From contig CT868668.1 in assembly GCA_000165425.1 (NCBI GenBank), forward strand, positions 248,001 to 312,000: a stretch of 64,000 bases of DNA, read 5' to 3'. This document shows positions 25,958-39,275 of this stretch, piece after piece. The DNA comes from Paramecium tetraurelia (taxonomy: Eukaryota). Numbering within the stretch: the stretch's first letter is position 1; the number at the start of each line of letters is the position of its first letter. Under the pieces are notes generated by a model. That model made no database searches and was not told where the DNA came from. It saw only the letters and a list, made by a program, of their open reading frames with translations. The position numbers and the translations under genes are program-made.

Positions 25958-26992
25958 ATGGGTATCACAGAACAGGATCTATTACCTCTTAAGAAAATCA
26001 AAGTCCCGCCAGAATATGAAAATGATTCTCAATTCTATTAAGAAACAATCATGAAATAATACGAAAAAAGAAGATAGAGATTGCTTAGCGAATATAATGA
26101 CTTGTTAAATAAAAAATCAGAAGAAACTTAAGTTTACACTAAATCATTACCCCCAGAAGAGAAACAAGAGGACTTGACTACTTCGAGAATAAATGATAAG
26201 TTACTGAAGATGAAGCAGTTTTAGCAAAATTATAGGGAATAATAATTAGTTTAATATTCATATAAAGAGCAATTGATTGAAACAAGAAGGAAACAAATTA
26301 GCAGTGAGAGAGAATTACGCGCTTATTAAAAAGAAGTTTAAGATACCTCTCGACTAGAATAAGTTTAAAGAAATCGAGATATGATATAGAAGTTAATAAC
26401 AGATAAGCAAGTTAGAAGAAGAATGAGTTATGATGCTAAACTCTAGAAATGGGAGCTCCTTAAATAAGCTTAATATTTAATTCCCAGAAGCACTAGAGTT
26501 GACGAAACTTTGGCTCGTTATTAAAAATGTTTAGAAGACAAAAAGTAGTAGGATATGCAGAGATTAAAAAGATTGGAAGAGAGTCTAGAGAAGGCTTGCT
26601 CCAAAAAAACATAAAATATTGTTGAAATTAAAAGAAGGGGATTATTAGAGTAGCTCAAAATTGAAGAAGCCTTGTTCAATAGAGCTAGGTCTTAAAATGC
26701 AAAAAATTCCAATGTTTTAGAAAAAACACCTTAAAAAACAGTATTGATTCGACCATCCATGAGTGAAATACCTAATTAAAAACCTTGTCCTTAGCCAAAA
26801 TTTCTATTTTCTAAATAACAAGTGAAATTACATTCATAAACTATTTCGCATTTCTCATAAGAAATTATATCACTTGTAGATTCAATCAATATTCACGATA
26901 TTGAAGAGAAATTACTACAAGTATTTGCCACACAAGACAAGACATAAAGGGAATTATTTGCTAAAACTAATTATTTATTTTTATATCACTGA
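25958..26992 (+). CDS. Hypothetical coiled-coil protein
   Basis: Open code-6 frame MGITEQDLLPLKKIKVPPEYE...; charged heptad-rich; end coordinate approximate. Confidence 0.65.
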
Positions 26993-27518
26993 TTTTTATC
27001 TTCTCAAATTCAATTGTTTTTATTTTTGACTTTATAAAATCCCATTCTATTTCTTTAAATTACTTTAGCATTCAATTTGGGAAATTTATTTGAATGATTT
27101 GAAATGTATAAACATAAGTTTAATTTTATTTTAAAATAAAACAATAGATTTACTTTTAGCAATGAATGTTTATTAATCTAATACACTCAAATTTGCTAAT
27201 ATAATCAAATTATAACATCATTGTTGATGCCCATATTATTATCTCTCAAACAAATAACTCTCTTTAATCATATGTGTAAATATGATGATTAGTTACTAAT
27301 TTGATATATTCTACTGATAATAAAAAGGTTTCATCCTTTTTATATAAATCTTAAGTAAAATGTGTTAAAATGAACGAGTGATGAAAATATTAATTTAATT
27401 AAAATGGTAAAATAAGTGATTCATAATTAAGTCTTACAAAGATGTATAAATTTTAATATAGATAATAATTCTGATTAATAAATTTTATTGAACAAAAAAC
27501 GAATATAATTAAAATAAA

Positions 27519-29262
27519 ATGTTTGGTAAAGTGATTGTCTTAATCATGTCAATATTAAGTCAACTTCTCATTTACAATTTTATAAGGACTTCGCTTGTGT
27601 ATAAAAATAAATAAGAAGTTGAACAAATATTAACATACCTGAACAAATACTTAACAACAACTTATTATGCCCCTCTAGCAAATCATTCTGCAGTACAAAT
27701 TTATTTGCCATTTTAGTATAATTCAATTCTGGTCAAACCAGAATATGACTATTGTAAAAGATCAGACATATACAAATTTTATCACCCTGATGTCATCATG
27801 ACTGACACGTACACTTTTCGCGAAGCCAGAGGAGTTATCAGAGACGCATTGAGATCATCATATTATGATTGCATTCCCAAAATGTACTATAAAATACAGA
27901 ATACTGAAAGTAACCATATACATTCTAATAAATACCTAGTCTTATCTAAATATGTGTTACCAGAACAATTGACTTTACCATTCACTTATTATGACTAATT
28001 GATACATAAATTTAAAGTTGGATAAGGTAGTGATTATTTTATAGACATTAGCTTCTCTATGCTTATTCTAAAAATATAACCATTTGCCATCAAGACACGT
28101 TCTCTCTCATAAAGACAACCTTATGAATAACTAATATAAATACATAGACTCTCTAAGAGAGAAAGGTGTTGATTAAGAGTGTATCAACAATGCAACCTTC
28201 ATCCCAAAAACCTATCGTTTATTTTAGAAATAAGATTGCAAGGAATTTTTCGATTATTTGAATTCTGATGAATACAAGAACAAAATAGCTGAAGAAGGAC
28301 CCTAATTTATAACCAAAGTGGGTTTAGAGGTTCATAGAGGCAGAGGAATCAAAGTTCTGTTTCCTGCAGAAACCAAAAAGTTGTAGGAAACTTATCGATA
28401 CGGCAAGAGATGCGGAGTAGATCATTCACTGTTAGTAGCCCAATAATATATTGGAAATCCCATGCTCTATAATAATCATAAGATAGAGTTTCGAATATAT
28501 TGGGTCTTGGCCTCCACCAACCCAATAATAGCCTATGCTTATGACAAAACCTTAATCAGAAGGTGTATAGCTCCTTTTGATAAATTTTCTTTGAATAAGG
28601 AAGCTCACGTTTGCAATACAGCAATCGTCAAGAGCACTCTTAAGTAAAGAGAATCTGATTTGGATATGGATGATGAAAATGCTGATGAATCTGAGTTGTA
28701 TATTGACTGGAAATTAGATTACTTGCAAGAGTTGTTATTAAAGTAGGGGAAGATTAAGGACAAAAAATGGCTCAAAAATCATCTCTATCCTACAGTTGAT
28801 AGAATGATCATCCATGCTATTAAGTCTGTGGAAGGATAGATAACAAAAGACAGTAGATTAGCAGAGTTCTTTGCTGCTGATTTTATTTTGACTGATGATC
28901 TGAAAATTCACATCATGGAAATTAATTATAACCCTCAAACACTTAAGACTACACCTGCAAGATAGAAACAACATACTAAGATGACTTAGGATATGATTGA
29001 TATTCAAAATGCCTATCTTAGGAGCAAGTACTTAAGATTTAAGAAGATCATTCTGAAAATAGTAGCTAAGATGAAAAAAGAAAAAAAACCTCTCGATTAA
29101 ACTCTTACACCTAAGATTATAGAGGAAATAAACGAAGCATACAAGGATAAACTAGATTAAGGAATAAAACTATAAGATGATAATCTATTCAGATTAGTAA
29201 TGGATGAAAACTTGGCAGGGACAAAACAATATAAGGATCTAATTTAGACCAAATGTTTATGA
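27519..29262 (+). CDS. Tubulin-tyrosine-ligase family (ATP-grasp) protein with N-terminal hydrophobic segment
   Basis: QKYNHLPSRHVLSHKDNL, FIPKTYRL, FITKVGLEVHRGRGIKV, VAQQYIGNPMLYNNHKIEFRIYWV, AHVCN, EFFAADFILTDDLKIHIMEINYNP. Confidence 0.88.
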
Positions 29263-29745
29263 TGTATTGAGACTGATGTTGTAATCAAATATAAAATATT
29301 AACATAGTATATTTAGTGTTTATATATATAGAAGTTAAATTTAATTATTAATAATATTGACAATATGAATTTATAAACCTCTCTAAAGTTAGCTTTCTAT
29401 TTTTAGAATTAAAAATTACTATGTTTTTCAAAATTTCAGTTTATTAGTTGATAGTATTTTAATTTATATTCAACTATTTTTCTTTAAATTTGATTTATCT
29501 CCTGATAAGTTAACTACTTATAGAGATATATAATTTATCATTTAGTATTTCAAATAATTATCTTCCATTTTTACTCAAATCCATTTCAGTAGTATATTAT
29601 TAAATATCTATGTTATAGGATAAGGATATGTAATTAATTAATATAAATTATTATTCAAATTTATGATTATGCAACAATTGAATATGGTGTTTAAGAAAAG
29701 TAATGATAAATATTAAAACAAATAATATATACATTTAGATGTAAT

Positions 29746-30483
29746 TCATAATTAGGGTTATTTTCCGAAGACAGTATTCGAATTGTATTAATTGAAAACT
29801 GAGAATTCTGAGGTTTATTGTTTTGGTACCGGAGAAGTAAATCTAGATGGATTTTTAGATTGTTCATTGGATTGAACTCGATGAGTGTTTGATCCAAAAC
29901 AGGATTTGTGAGAAGTGGCAGTGCTTCCTTCAGTCTTGGTAGCTGAATCTCTAGAAGTTGATTAACTCTACAATTCTTTAATTTGTTGTTTTAAAGTTTG
30001 TATTTCTTAATCTCTTTTGATGAGCATTTGACTTTGAGCTAGCGTCAATTTTTATTAAAGTTCATGAGCCTATCTCTTGAGGTCAAAGTTTTCTTCTAGT
30101 AGAGCGGAGTTCTCCTCTTCCAATTCTTTTCTTTTGTTCAACAACTCTTTGTTCTATTTCAATATTCTTTGGTATGATTCACTCAACTGTTTATTATGTT
30201 GCTCGATGTTTTACGATTATTCATATAGTTGTCTAGATACTAAGTATAGACTTTAAGGGATAATACTTATGACAACATCATCCTTTGGGAATTCTGGTAA
30301 AAAATTACTCGACTAATTAAGTTGGTTTGATTAATTCATTTCATCTAACTTAGGAGCTGAGAAACTAAGTTCCCTCTGGTCCTACATTTCATCCAAATAA
30401 AGTGATTCTCGAATTCCCTGATTGAAGAGAGTGGCGAATTGATCTGGAGATAGAAAAATGGGGTTAGTGCTGCTTCGTTACAT
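29746..30483 (-). CDS. Hypothetical coiled-coil protein
   Basis: MQRSSTNPIFLSPDQF, intron, ...RKELEEENSALLEENFDLKRQAHELQQKL...KQPQL*. Confidence 0.72.
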
Positions 30484-30509
30484 GATAATTTAATTAATAT
30501 TAAATAGTG

Positions 30510-32921
30510 TCATTTAATTAAATGAGAAGTATGATTATCCGACTCATTTAATCTGTCCAAAATTTAAGATTTAATGATTGCATACTCTTCTTTGTTGGCT
30601 AAGAAGTAATCTGCTTTCTAATTGCAAATTGGACATTTATCAAAAAACCCTTTGATTCTCATCCAATCCTCAAAACAATTGTAGTGATAAACATGTCCAC
30701 AAAATAATTGAGCTACGAATTAGGAAACATCAAATTAATCAAAGCAAAATGAACACTAATCCTCTCCATACAACAATAAAGAAGGGTCAGATGGATACTT
30801 CGTAATAATTTCTTAGTCAATTAAATTCTGCATCACATTCTTCAATCTCTCATTCGACAAAGGAACCTAATTTTGTAAGTAGGGTGCAATCTAAAAATAG
30901 AAATATAAATAATTACGTAGATTAGATCGTTGTCTATGGTTTGGGCTACCAAATACTATAGTCTTCTCTTAGCCATGTATCCCATGATACAAAATAGGAA
31001 AATGCCGCATAAGAGCCAAACCAACATCTACAGCAAAGAAGATTTGAGTCGTTCTGCCATTGAAATTGGAGGAGAATTATAAAAAGAGAACGAAATATTA
31101 TTAGCCAAATTATCTTCAACAAATATAATAGTGTATCTAAAGTAATAGGCTTTGAAGGGATAGGTAGTGGTCTAATTGAGATCCCATGGTACAAAATTCA
31201 TTTAAGTGCAAATCTCGTTCTTATTTAAACCTAAACATATGGATATCTAAACATAAGAAGGGATTTTCACGAGGTCAGCCTTGAAAAATATGTTGAATTG
31301 CTGAATTTCCTCAGCGTCATAGAACCAAGAACAAATTTGCCCTTTTCTAATCTTCCCTTAATAGGTAAATTGTTTGTTCAATGAAAATTCAGTTTAATTG
31401 TAGTCGCAAAAGGCCGAGGAGGATTGCGATTATATTTCCTCACATTACCATATCTTACCATAATACCACTTGGAACTTTACTCATTTGAGGATAAATCAA
31501 TCTCATACATTTGAGTTTCCTTTTGGCAAGAATCATTTTGCCAATTGCAACCAATTTGAGTGTTACATTTTGAGCAACTGCTTTGGAAACTGCAATAATC
31601 AGTAAATTATTAATATAACTCAGAACTAATACATTATTATTCGTATGGAACTAAAGAGATCTCATAGTTATAATATAAAAGATCACAAGGCTTAAGACAA
31701 GAAGTATAATTCTACAATTCCTCGAGAGGTGCAATTTTAGAAGAATTTTATTCTAAGTCCTCTCCTAAGAATTGGAGTTAATATAGTATAGATTAATAAT
31801 TGGGATATGGAAATTGGGTAAATTCGTTTAAACACTCCATCTCCTGAATGATATTCTGTTATATATCCATTTATATTGTTAATATTTCCATGTTGTCATA
31901 AATAAAAACGAATTACCTTTCATTTAGAACAAATATGGAATCAGTAAAAGGAGCATCTAAGATCTATTTTTAAATAACTTATTGTTAAGTTAACCAATTT
32001 TTATTATTTTCTATGTAATAGACTTAAGTTTAATTGTTGATTTTCTAAAATATCAGATTAGTGTTATGATCAAGATGTAAAGGGGACTTGGAGAATAATT
32101 TTAAGAGTTGAACTTCAAAAACAATGGAGGAAATCGAAAATAATGCTTAACAAGTTTGTAATTCAACTAGTAAATAATCTTCAAATGATTTTAATTCCAT
32201 AATGGTCTCATTTCTATCAAGAAAGTCAGAAACGGAATATTTCGAAACATATCTCAATTGCCAATCCAAAAAAGAGTACTCCAACAGATTTAAGATATTC
32301 GTTTCTGCAATAACTATTATTAGGCTATTTCTTTATTTATTGTAATATTGTGAAAATCCCTTTATATCACAAGTGGTATCACAAGTAAAGTTGAGTGCCT
32401 TCAATGGAAAAGAATTGACCCTACTTGGATGAATTGGAATAAAATAACACGTAAAATACTGTTCATTGATATGACTTACTATATTTAGAAATCATATAAT
32501 TACCTAGAAGTCCAATCATGTTCAAGATCCCATCAATCACAGTTGCTTAGTAATTATAGAATGAGTATTTATGAACTGAAAGAGACGTAATCATCTACAG
32601 CAGATCTCCATAGTATGAATTGTATAAAACTTGCAATTTAATATGGTACTGTTGAGTTTCTGGATCTATGAGCAATTCGCTTAGAAGCATGTTGCTTAGT
32701 TACACATCTTCTGTTTTATTGAAGGAATATGCGTAGATGAATTCATCATTCAATGATGATTTAGAAATAATGGCATTCATTTATGAACACTGAAATAATA
32801 GATTGTCTTTATTCTCTCCCTTAATTTTACATCTAGTGAATAGATCTGTAATGTTATTATTCGTTGAGTTATCAAATAAACTGGAACTGTAGCATGTTTA
32901 AATCAGCAATAAAATTATCAT
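30510..32921 (-). CDS. Type I membrane RING-H2 E3 ligase with large ectodomain
   Basis: Signal peptide MIILLLIQTCYS; Cys cluster YCSFQSSCSKCNTQIGCNWQNDSC; TM MLVWLLCGIFLFCIMGYM; RING-H2 CSFC...CGHVYHYNCFEDW...CPIC. Confidence 0.8.
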
Positions 32922-33757
32922 TTCAATTATTAATGTTTGAAAATTTATTTATATTCCTAGCTTTCATTCATACCAAAATCATTATATATATATTCTAATA
33001 CAATTATTTAGCTAGAACGAACTATATAAATTAATTAGATTTCCTAATAAAGAACAGGAAATTATGAAATATCAGATTAATTGATAATTTCGATATAGAA
33101 CTGGAGTGATCCTGATGAGGAAATTAAAAATTAGAAAGATTGCTTATACATCTGGAACTATATTAAAAGATAAATAAATAAGAATCTATTAAATTACATT
33201 CGGGTATACTTGGTTAATTATCAAGCCCTAGAGGCTTCAATAAATCTTAAAATAATTAAGTTTTTGGAAATATCATATATATTTGTTTATTATGAGAACA
33301 TAAATTTAAAATTTTAATAGAAATTTTAGATGAATATTTGTTGTCTTCTCTACATAGAGTCAGATGTAATTACTATCTATTTTCAATCTAGTATCATCCA
33401 AAGAAAAGAAATAAGTCTATTTTTTCTGTAAAATCTGAAAAATGTAACTAAAAGATATCTTTAACTTAATATGGTTATTATTAAGTGAAATATAGAAAAG
33501 CAAAGAAGTCATTGTATATATTTAATTTTTAAATTCAGTTATTTAGAACTTTGTTATTAAAATTTATCCAATTCTTTTTATCCAATCAAAAGCAAATTGA
33601 CTAAAATATATATTCCGAAGTATATACAAAAATAGGGACTTGTATTATAATTTTATTGCAAAATATAAAATGTTTTAATTATAAAGACTTATAGATTTCC
33701 TTTTAAAGATGTATAATTATATATTGACGCATTAATATATATATTATTGTATAATTA

Positions 33758-34517
33758 ATGTAATCATCAAATCCATAGATTATATACGCAGTTGTTGTAA
33801 GAGGTTCAAATGTTGTCTTGTCAGAGTACTCAATAGCCAAGGGTAACTATATTGCATTTGCTAAAACAATTATTTCAAAAGTAAAGTGATATTGTGATTA
33901 AAAGGTTAACTAATCAAATGCTAAGAAATCATTCAATTATGAATAATATGAGTTCCATATTTTAGTGGAGGACGGATTTTCTTTTTTGATAATGGCAGAA
34001 AGAGGTTTAAAGATGAGAATTGCATTTGCTTGTTTAGAGGATATGAAATAAAAATTTTTTTAGATGTTTCAACCACAACAAAGAGATTAAGCTATATCGT
34101 ATGGATTAAATTCATAATTTTCTATAGTAAGAATATGTCTAAAACTATGAAAGGAATAAAAAAATAAAATTGAATATTATAATTCTCCCTAGGCAGATAA
34201 ATTAAGAATGGTTTCTGATAACATTTAGTAAACCAAGGAGGTAATGATGGAAAACTTAGACAAATTATTGGAAAGAGGAGAGAAAATTGATATTCTTGTG
34301 GAAAAAACAAATGTCATGGTTAAGTAAAAAATTTATTAGCCTTAGCATTTCAACAAGCATGAAGGAAAATGCAACAACTTTGAGAAGATAAATGTGGTGG
34401 AGAAACAAAAAAATGACAATCATTCTTGTATTAGTGGGATTATTGGCTATTTACATTATTATGGTTATCGCATGTGGAGGATTCGCTATGCATAGATGCT
34501 TTGGTAGCAGCGATTGA
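33758..34517 (+). CDS. VAMP7: Longin R-SNARE (VAMP7-like synaptobrevin)
   Basis: Longin domain IIYAVVVRGSNVVLSEYS; SNARE KEVMMENLDKLLERGEKIDILVEKT; LRRQMWWRNKK followed by TM; three introns. Confidence 0.93.
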
Positions 34518-34742
34518 TCTATTATTAATAATAATAATAAATATAAGTAATTAATGCAGAAATTAGAAAATCTTTTAATAATTTATTTGATTACACATCC
34601 ATATTTTTATTTGAAAGTAAAATAAGGATATTAAGAATTTCAATGAAACAAGGACGTTTCAATTGAAAAAATGAAGAAAATCCATTAAAGGACAATATTG
34701 AATTGGGAAAAGAATGAATAAAATAATGGGTATGATTATATC

Positions 34743-35795
34743 TCATTATTATTCAGCAGCTCTTCTTTCAGCTAATCTTTCTAATTCTTAGACCAAAACT
34801 AATTCTTATCTTCTTCCGGTGGTGACGGCTTAATATTCAACGTCGAAGCTGTGGCACAAGTCAGCAGCATCATCCCATAAGGTTTAGTTTCTTTATTTCT
34901 TGTTGGTGGCGGCTTAAGCAACTGCGGTTTAGACAGAGATAACTCCTTATAAGTTTTCGGCCTTGTTGGCTAATCTTCCCTTTGAAGCATCAAGTCTGGC
35001 TTATGAGGCAAGGTATAAGTCCTTTTATTAGGTGAAAAGACCTAAGGCGTTGGTGTTTTCAGCAGTGTATGCAGCCCAAGCTTCTTCAACGTTGGTTCTC
35101 AAGGTTTACAATAATTAGGCGAGTCTTTCAGCAGCACTAACTGAGTCTTCTTCTTATGTGATTTAAGCCAAAGCAGCCAATGGGGCCATGAAAGCCTTGT
35201 TCATCTTGGTGGCAACTGATGATTTCATCAATTTGGTTGTCATTTCGGCAACTTAGATCAAACTGGCTCCTCCTTTAGCTAAAGCGGCGGCCAAATCAAG
35301 AGAGTCATCGATGGAGTTGATGGCATCGTTGAATGTGACTGCACCTCTGTTGTATGATTGGGTGTCTTCCTTTCTGGCATCGTTGATGAGTCCAATGTGT
35401 TATGAGACTGTGTTCAAGATGTTTTCAGTTTCACCGAGGGTGGCTTAGGTCTTCTTCAATAAGATGTTTGAGGTCTTCAAGATACCGTTGGCGATTTTGA
35501 GTGTACCAGTAGCATCTTCAACTTCAAGTCTTCTGTAAGCAATTTCGCTATCGCATTCAGCCTTTTAAGCTCCATAGACTTCATCGTGTGTTCCTTATTC
35601 TGAGGCAACTGCAGATTTGAAGTTATCAAGAACTCCCTTGATTGTGTCAAGTGGTGAGTGAGCTTTGATCTTGTTTTCGACTTCAACCATGATGTTCATG
35701 ATGCTTCTCTTTCCACCATATGTGAGTGGGAACTTTTACACCATACCAGCGTTAGCGAGGGCTAATACAACCAATAATGTGATAGCAACTTTCAT
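34743..35795 (-). CDS. Trichocyst matrix protein precursor
   Basis: Signal peptide MKVAITLLVVLALANA; SPLDTIKGVLDNFKSAVA; ASLIQ linker; long helical repeats; intronless and GC-richer, typical of highly expressed genes. Confidence 0.88.
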
Positions 35796-36425
35796 TAATA
35801 ATATTTATGCTTATTTCCCAATCAATCCTTGCCTTTAAATACAAAAACAAGACAACTAATTCAAAAACGGATATAATTTTTATACCCCATATTATTATTA
35901 TTACTATTCCAATCATAATTCACGCATTTGTGCTACGTGTAGTGACGATTTCAAACATTATTCTCAGAGCAAAATCATAAATAATAGCAAAACGAGAGAA
36001 TAAAGTTAGAAATAGTGACTAATTTCAAAAAAAGAAAGCCCATTCAAAAATTACTTTTTTCACAAAAGTCTATACTTATCTCAAAAATAAAACAATGCTT
36101 AAAAATCAAGCTGCAAATTTAATATAATTTGTTATATGTCAAACTGTTGCTTAGCTGGTTTTGATATGTTGTAGCATTGAAAAATTTATGGCTTCATTAT
36201 TTTAATTTATTGCCCAAAAAGAAAATGAGTTTGAGTAATGTATAAATTATTCAATCTCACATAATAGTAACCGTACCTTCCTTTATTTTTTTTTGATTTA
36301 ATTAAATTAAGAATTTAATATTTTATTTTTTATTGTTAAGAAATTTAATAATAAAATGAATACTTATTAAATTACCTAATATTTTGAGACATTTGTATTT
36401 AATAATAATGGGAAATATATTAGAA

Positions 36426-39275
36426 TCACTATTTAGGTATATAGTTATGAATAGATTTTTATTTAAGTTTGCCATTTAGTTTTTCTTAAGTTTCTGGTAC
36501 ATCTAATTTATTATCAGGATCCTCAACAGATTGAGTCTTACTGGGAGTCTTAACATGTTCATCCCCTTTTTTATTCTTTTCAATTCCATCATTTTGCATC
36601 TCAATTTATATATCATTATCTTCTCCAGAATTCAATTCCTTTTACAATTAATTATTCACATAAAGATTAGACATTTCCAAACCTCCGAAATTATTATTTT
36701 ATTATTCGACCTATATCTATTCTTGTTATTGATTGTCTTACTCTATTGTATTGTTCTCTTCAATTAACTTTGCCTCCTTCTATTCATTCATTCTAGCTTT
36801 TCGAGATTCATCTAATGCACATTTATCCGCTAATTCTCTTTACAATTTAAAAGAAGTATCCTTAAATACATTTGTATAACTGTTATATATTTCAATTTAT
36901 CTTTCTCTAGGCAATTCATCTAGGCATAGAAAACAGTAGTAAGTCATTTTGCTTATTTCCTCATTAGGGATTATTATTTCTAAGCAATCAAAATGAAACC
37001 ATTCCTCGCAAGATTCACAACAAATCATGGGGTCTCCATCTTTAAATTTGCCTCTACAAACACAATACAAATTGTCGTCTCTTTAATAATACTCATCCCC
37101 TACTTATTCAATGATTATCTCCTTTTTCAAGTCAGACTTTTTGCTTTTTTTGAATTTCTTTAACATAAGCATATCTATCAATTTGGCTTACTTTTTTTGT
37201 GGATTTAATTCTTGCATGAACTTACTTGCTCTTCTTCTCAACTTTTCATACATTTTATAAATGATATCTTTTTCAAAGTCTCTGTATTTGAAGAATTTCC
37301 ATAACTCATCAGTTGCAGTAATAGTACTTTTATAGAATTACGTAATTATTTATCCATTTTAATCCACTTTACTTTAATACACTTCCGGCAGTTTAGTTAA
37401 GTAGTATTATTTTTATTATTTGAATTATGGTTCTGTGAGAGACTCAAAAACATATTTACCTTGTTCTAATTTCAAATTTACAATGAATTTTTAATCTAAT
37501 AGTTAGTCAATAAATTCTTTTAATTTTATTGCAAAATCAATTAAATCAAACTCATTTTCCTAATGATCCTAAAGTTCCAACTATTATTGAGATTCCTTGG
37601 ATGATTTTGCTTTCTTCACTCTTTATTAAGACTTCTTGTGGACAGATTTGCACTTTTCATAAGCCCTAAAGAAATCAATAATTTCTCTTTCGTATAATCG
37701 TTATTTCGATTCCAAAATTCGTTTGACTTTAAGTGGAACATGCTTTTAACAAAATATTTAGTAATCTGACTTTGTGTTGACAATAATTTAAGTTAAGAAT
37801 ATCCCTGATCTTCTGGCGCATTCGACATGGAATCCTGTTTAACAACTGCTTCTAGCACATTAGATGCACATTCCAGCCTTCTTGATGTTACATAAACTAC
37901 AACTCAGAGTAAATCTCTTTTGATTAATGTTATCAACACCTCTCAAAATGTCTTGCTTTTCGTCTAGAAAACATTCAGGTGACCAATAAAAACATGACAA
38001 ATGAATCCAAACCTTTTGTGGTTAAGGTTCTTTGACATCTTTATTGTTTTCAAGATCTCTAATGTCTCTATTCGGCAATTTACTAAAATCGTAATAGAGT
38101 TCTTCATCATCATCTATTTATTAAACTATTTATATTATTAATATACTTACATAATTTAGAAACTAAATCATTTTTCATCATAGTTTCCCCTTAAGATTCA
38201 AAATATGTTTAATTTAAGTTTTCAAAACAAGAAGCATCAATTTGAGTTGCCTTCATGGCTCCTCCTAGTTTTGGGCATAAAGCACAACGCAAATATTATC
38301 CATTTGGTCCAAAAGTCTAACATACATCGCAAATCCAATCTTCATTTGGTATCACTTCTATTAGATAGCACTTCTAATGGACAGATATATTGCATTTAGA
38401 GCAGAATACTATTAAATTATCATCCGTATAATCTCCATCATTGCAAACTTAACAAAGAGCATCATCTAAAATTGGTTGCAAATGAATTCGACCTCCCTAG
38501 GTCTTCTTGCCTGTTTCTTAAGTAATATCACTTTATCCATCTGTCTATATTTTAAGCTCTATTTTTTCAATGTATTATTTTTCAAACTCTGTTAATCCAA
38601 AAATATCTCTCAAAAGACTATTAGATTAATCTGTCTTGATTGATGGTTTAAGATCCGGAATTTCAGCTGTTAAAAAATGTTGTATGGCTTCTTCATTTTC
38701 CTTCTAAATTTTTTCCAATTTCAATCTTTATATATAAAAATAATGCTACTCTTAATTGGCAATGATATCGTCTAAATCCTGAATTTTCAACTGTCTCATT
38801 TCTAAAATGAATATATCATCATTCACATCATACCCTTTTTTATTTTTCTATTTTTTACAATCGCTTAATTAATCGATAAATATACTCTTATTATAAAGTT
38901 CCATTAGGTTATTCAGTTTTCTTGAGCAATTTTTGAACATCTTAAAGATTATGTTGAAGATAGTCATGATCACAATTGAAATACATCGCTCCAATCATAA
39001 ATTGCAAAGTAGATGCTTGCAAAAATTGAACTAGAAATCAGATATTGCATACTTGGGTAAATAACCTTGGGATTGTTTGTATTCTCGACGTCCGTCCAAT
39101 CGAACTCTCCCATTTTTTGAATGGCATGTAAATAATTTTGATATTTTTTCGTTACTTTCTATTAAACTTCAACCTATTAATGTTCTTCACTTTCTTCATG
39201 TAAAGACTTATTTACTAGTTATCTTCTCACTCTAGTTTATTTCCTCCTCTTTGTTGCTGGGTCGATATTCTACAT
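36426..39275 (-). CDS. PZP (PHD-Zn knuckle-PHD) chromatin scaffold, Nto1/BRPF/JADE-like, with an extra C-terminal PHD
   Basis: CQVCNDGDYTDDNLIVFCSKCNISVHQKCY...WICDVC; CALCPKLGGAMK; WIHLSC; CSLC...CIQC...FHVECA; LYCVC...MICCESCEEWFHFDC...YYCFLC. Confidence 0.88.
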
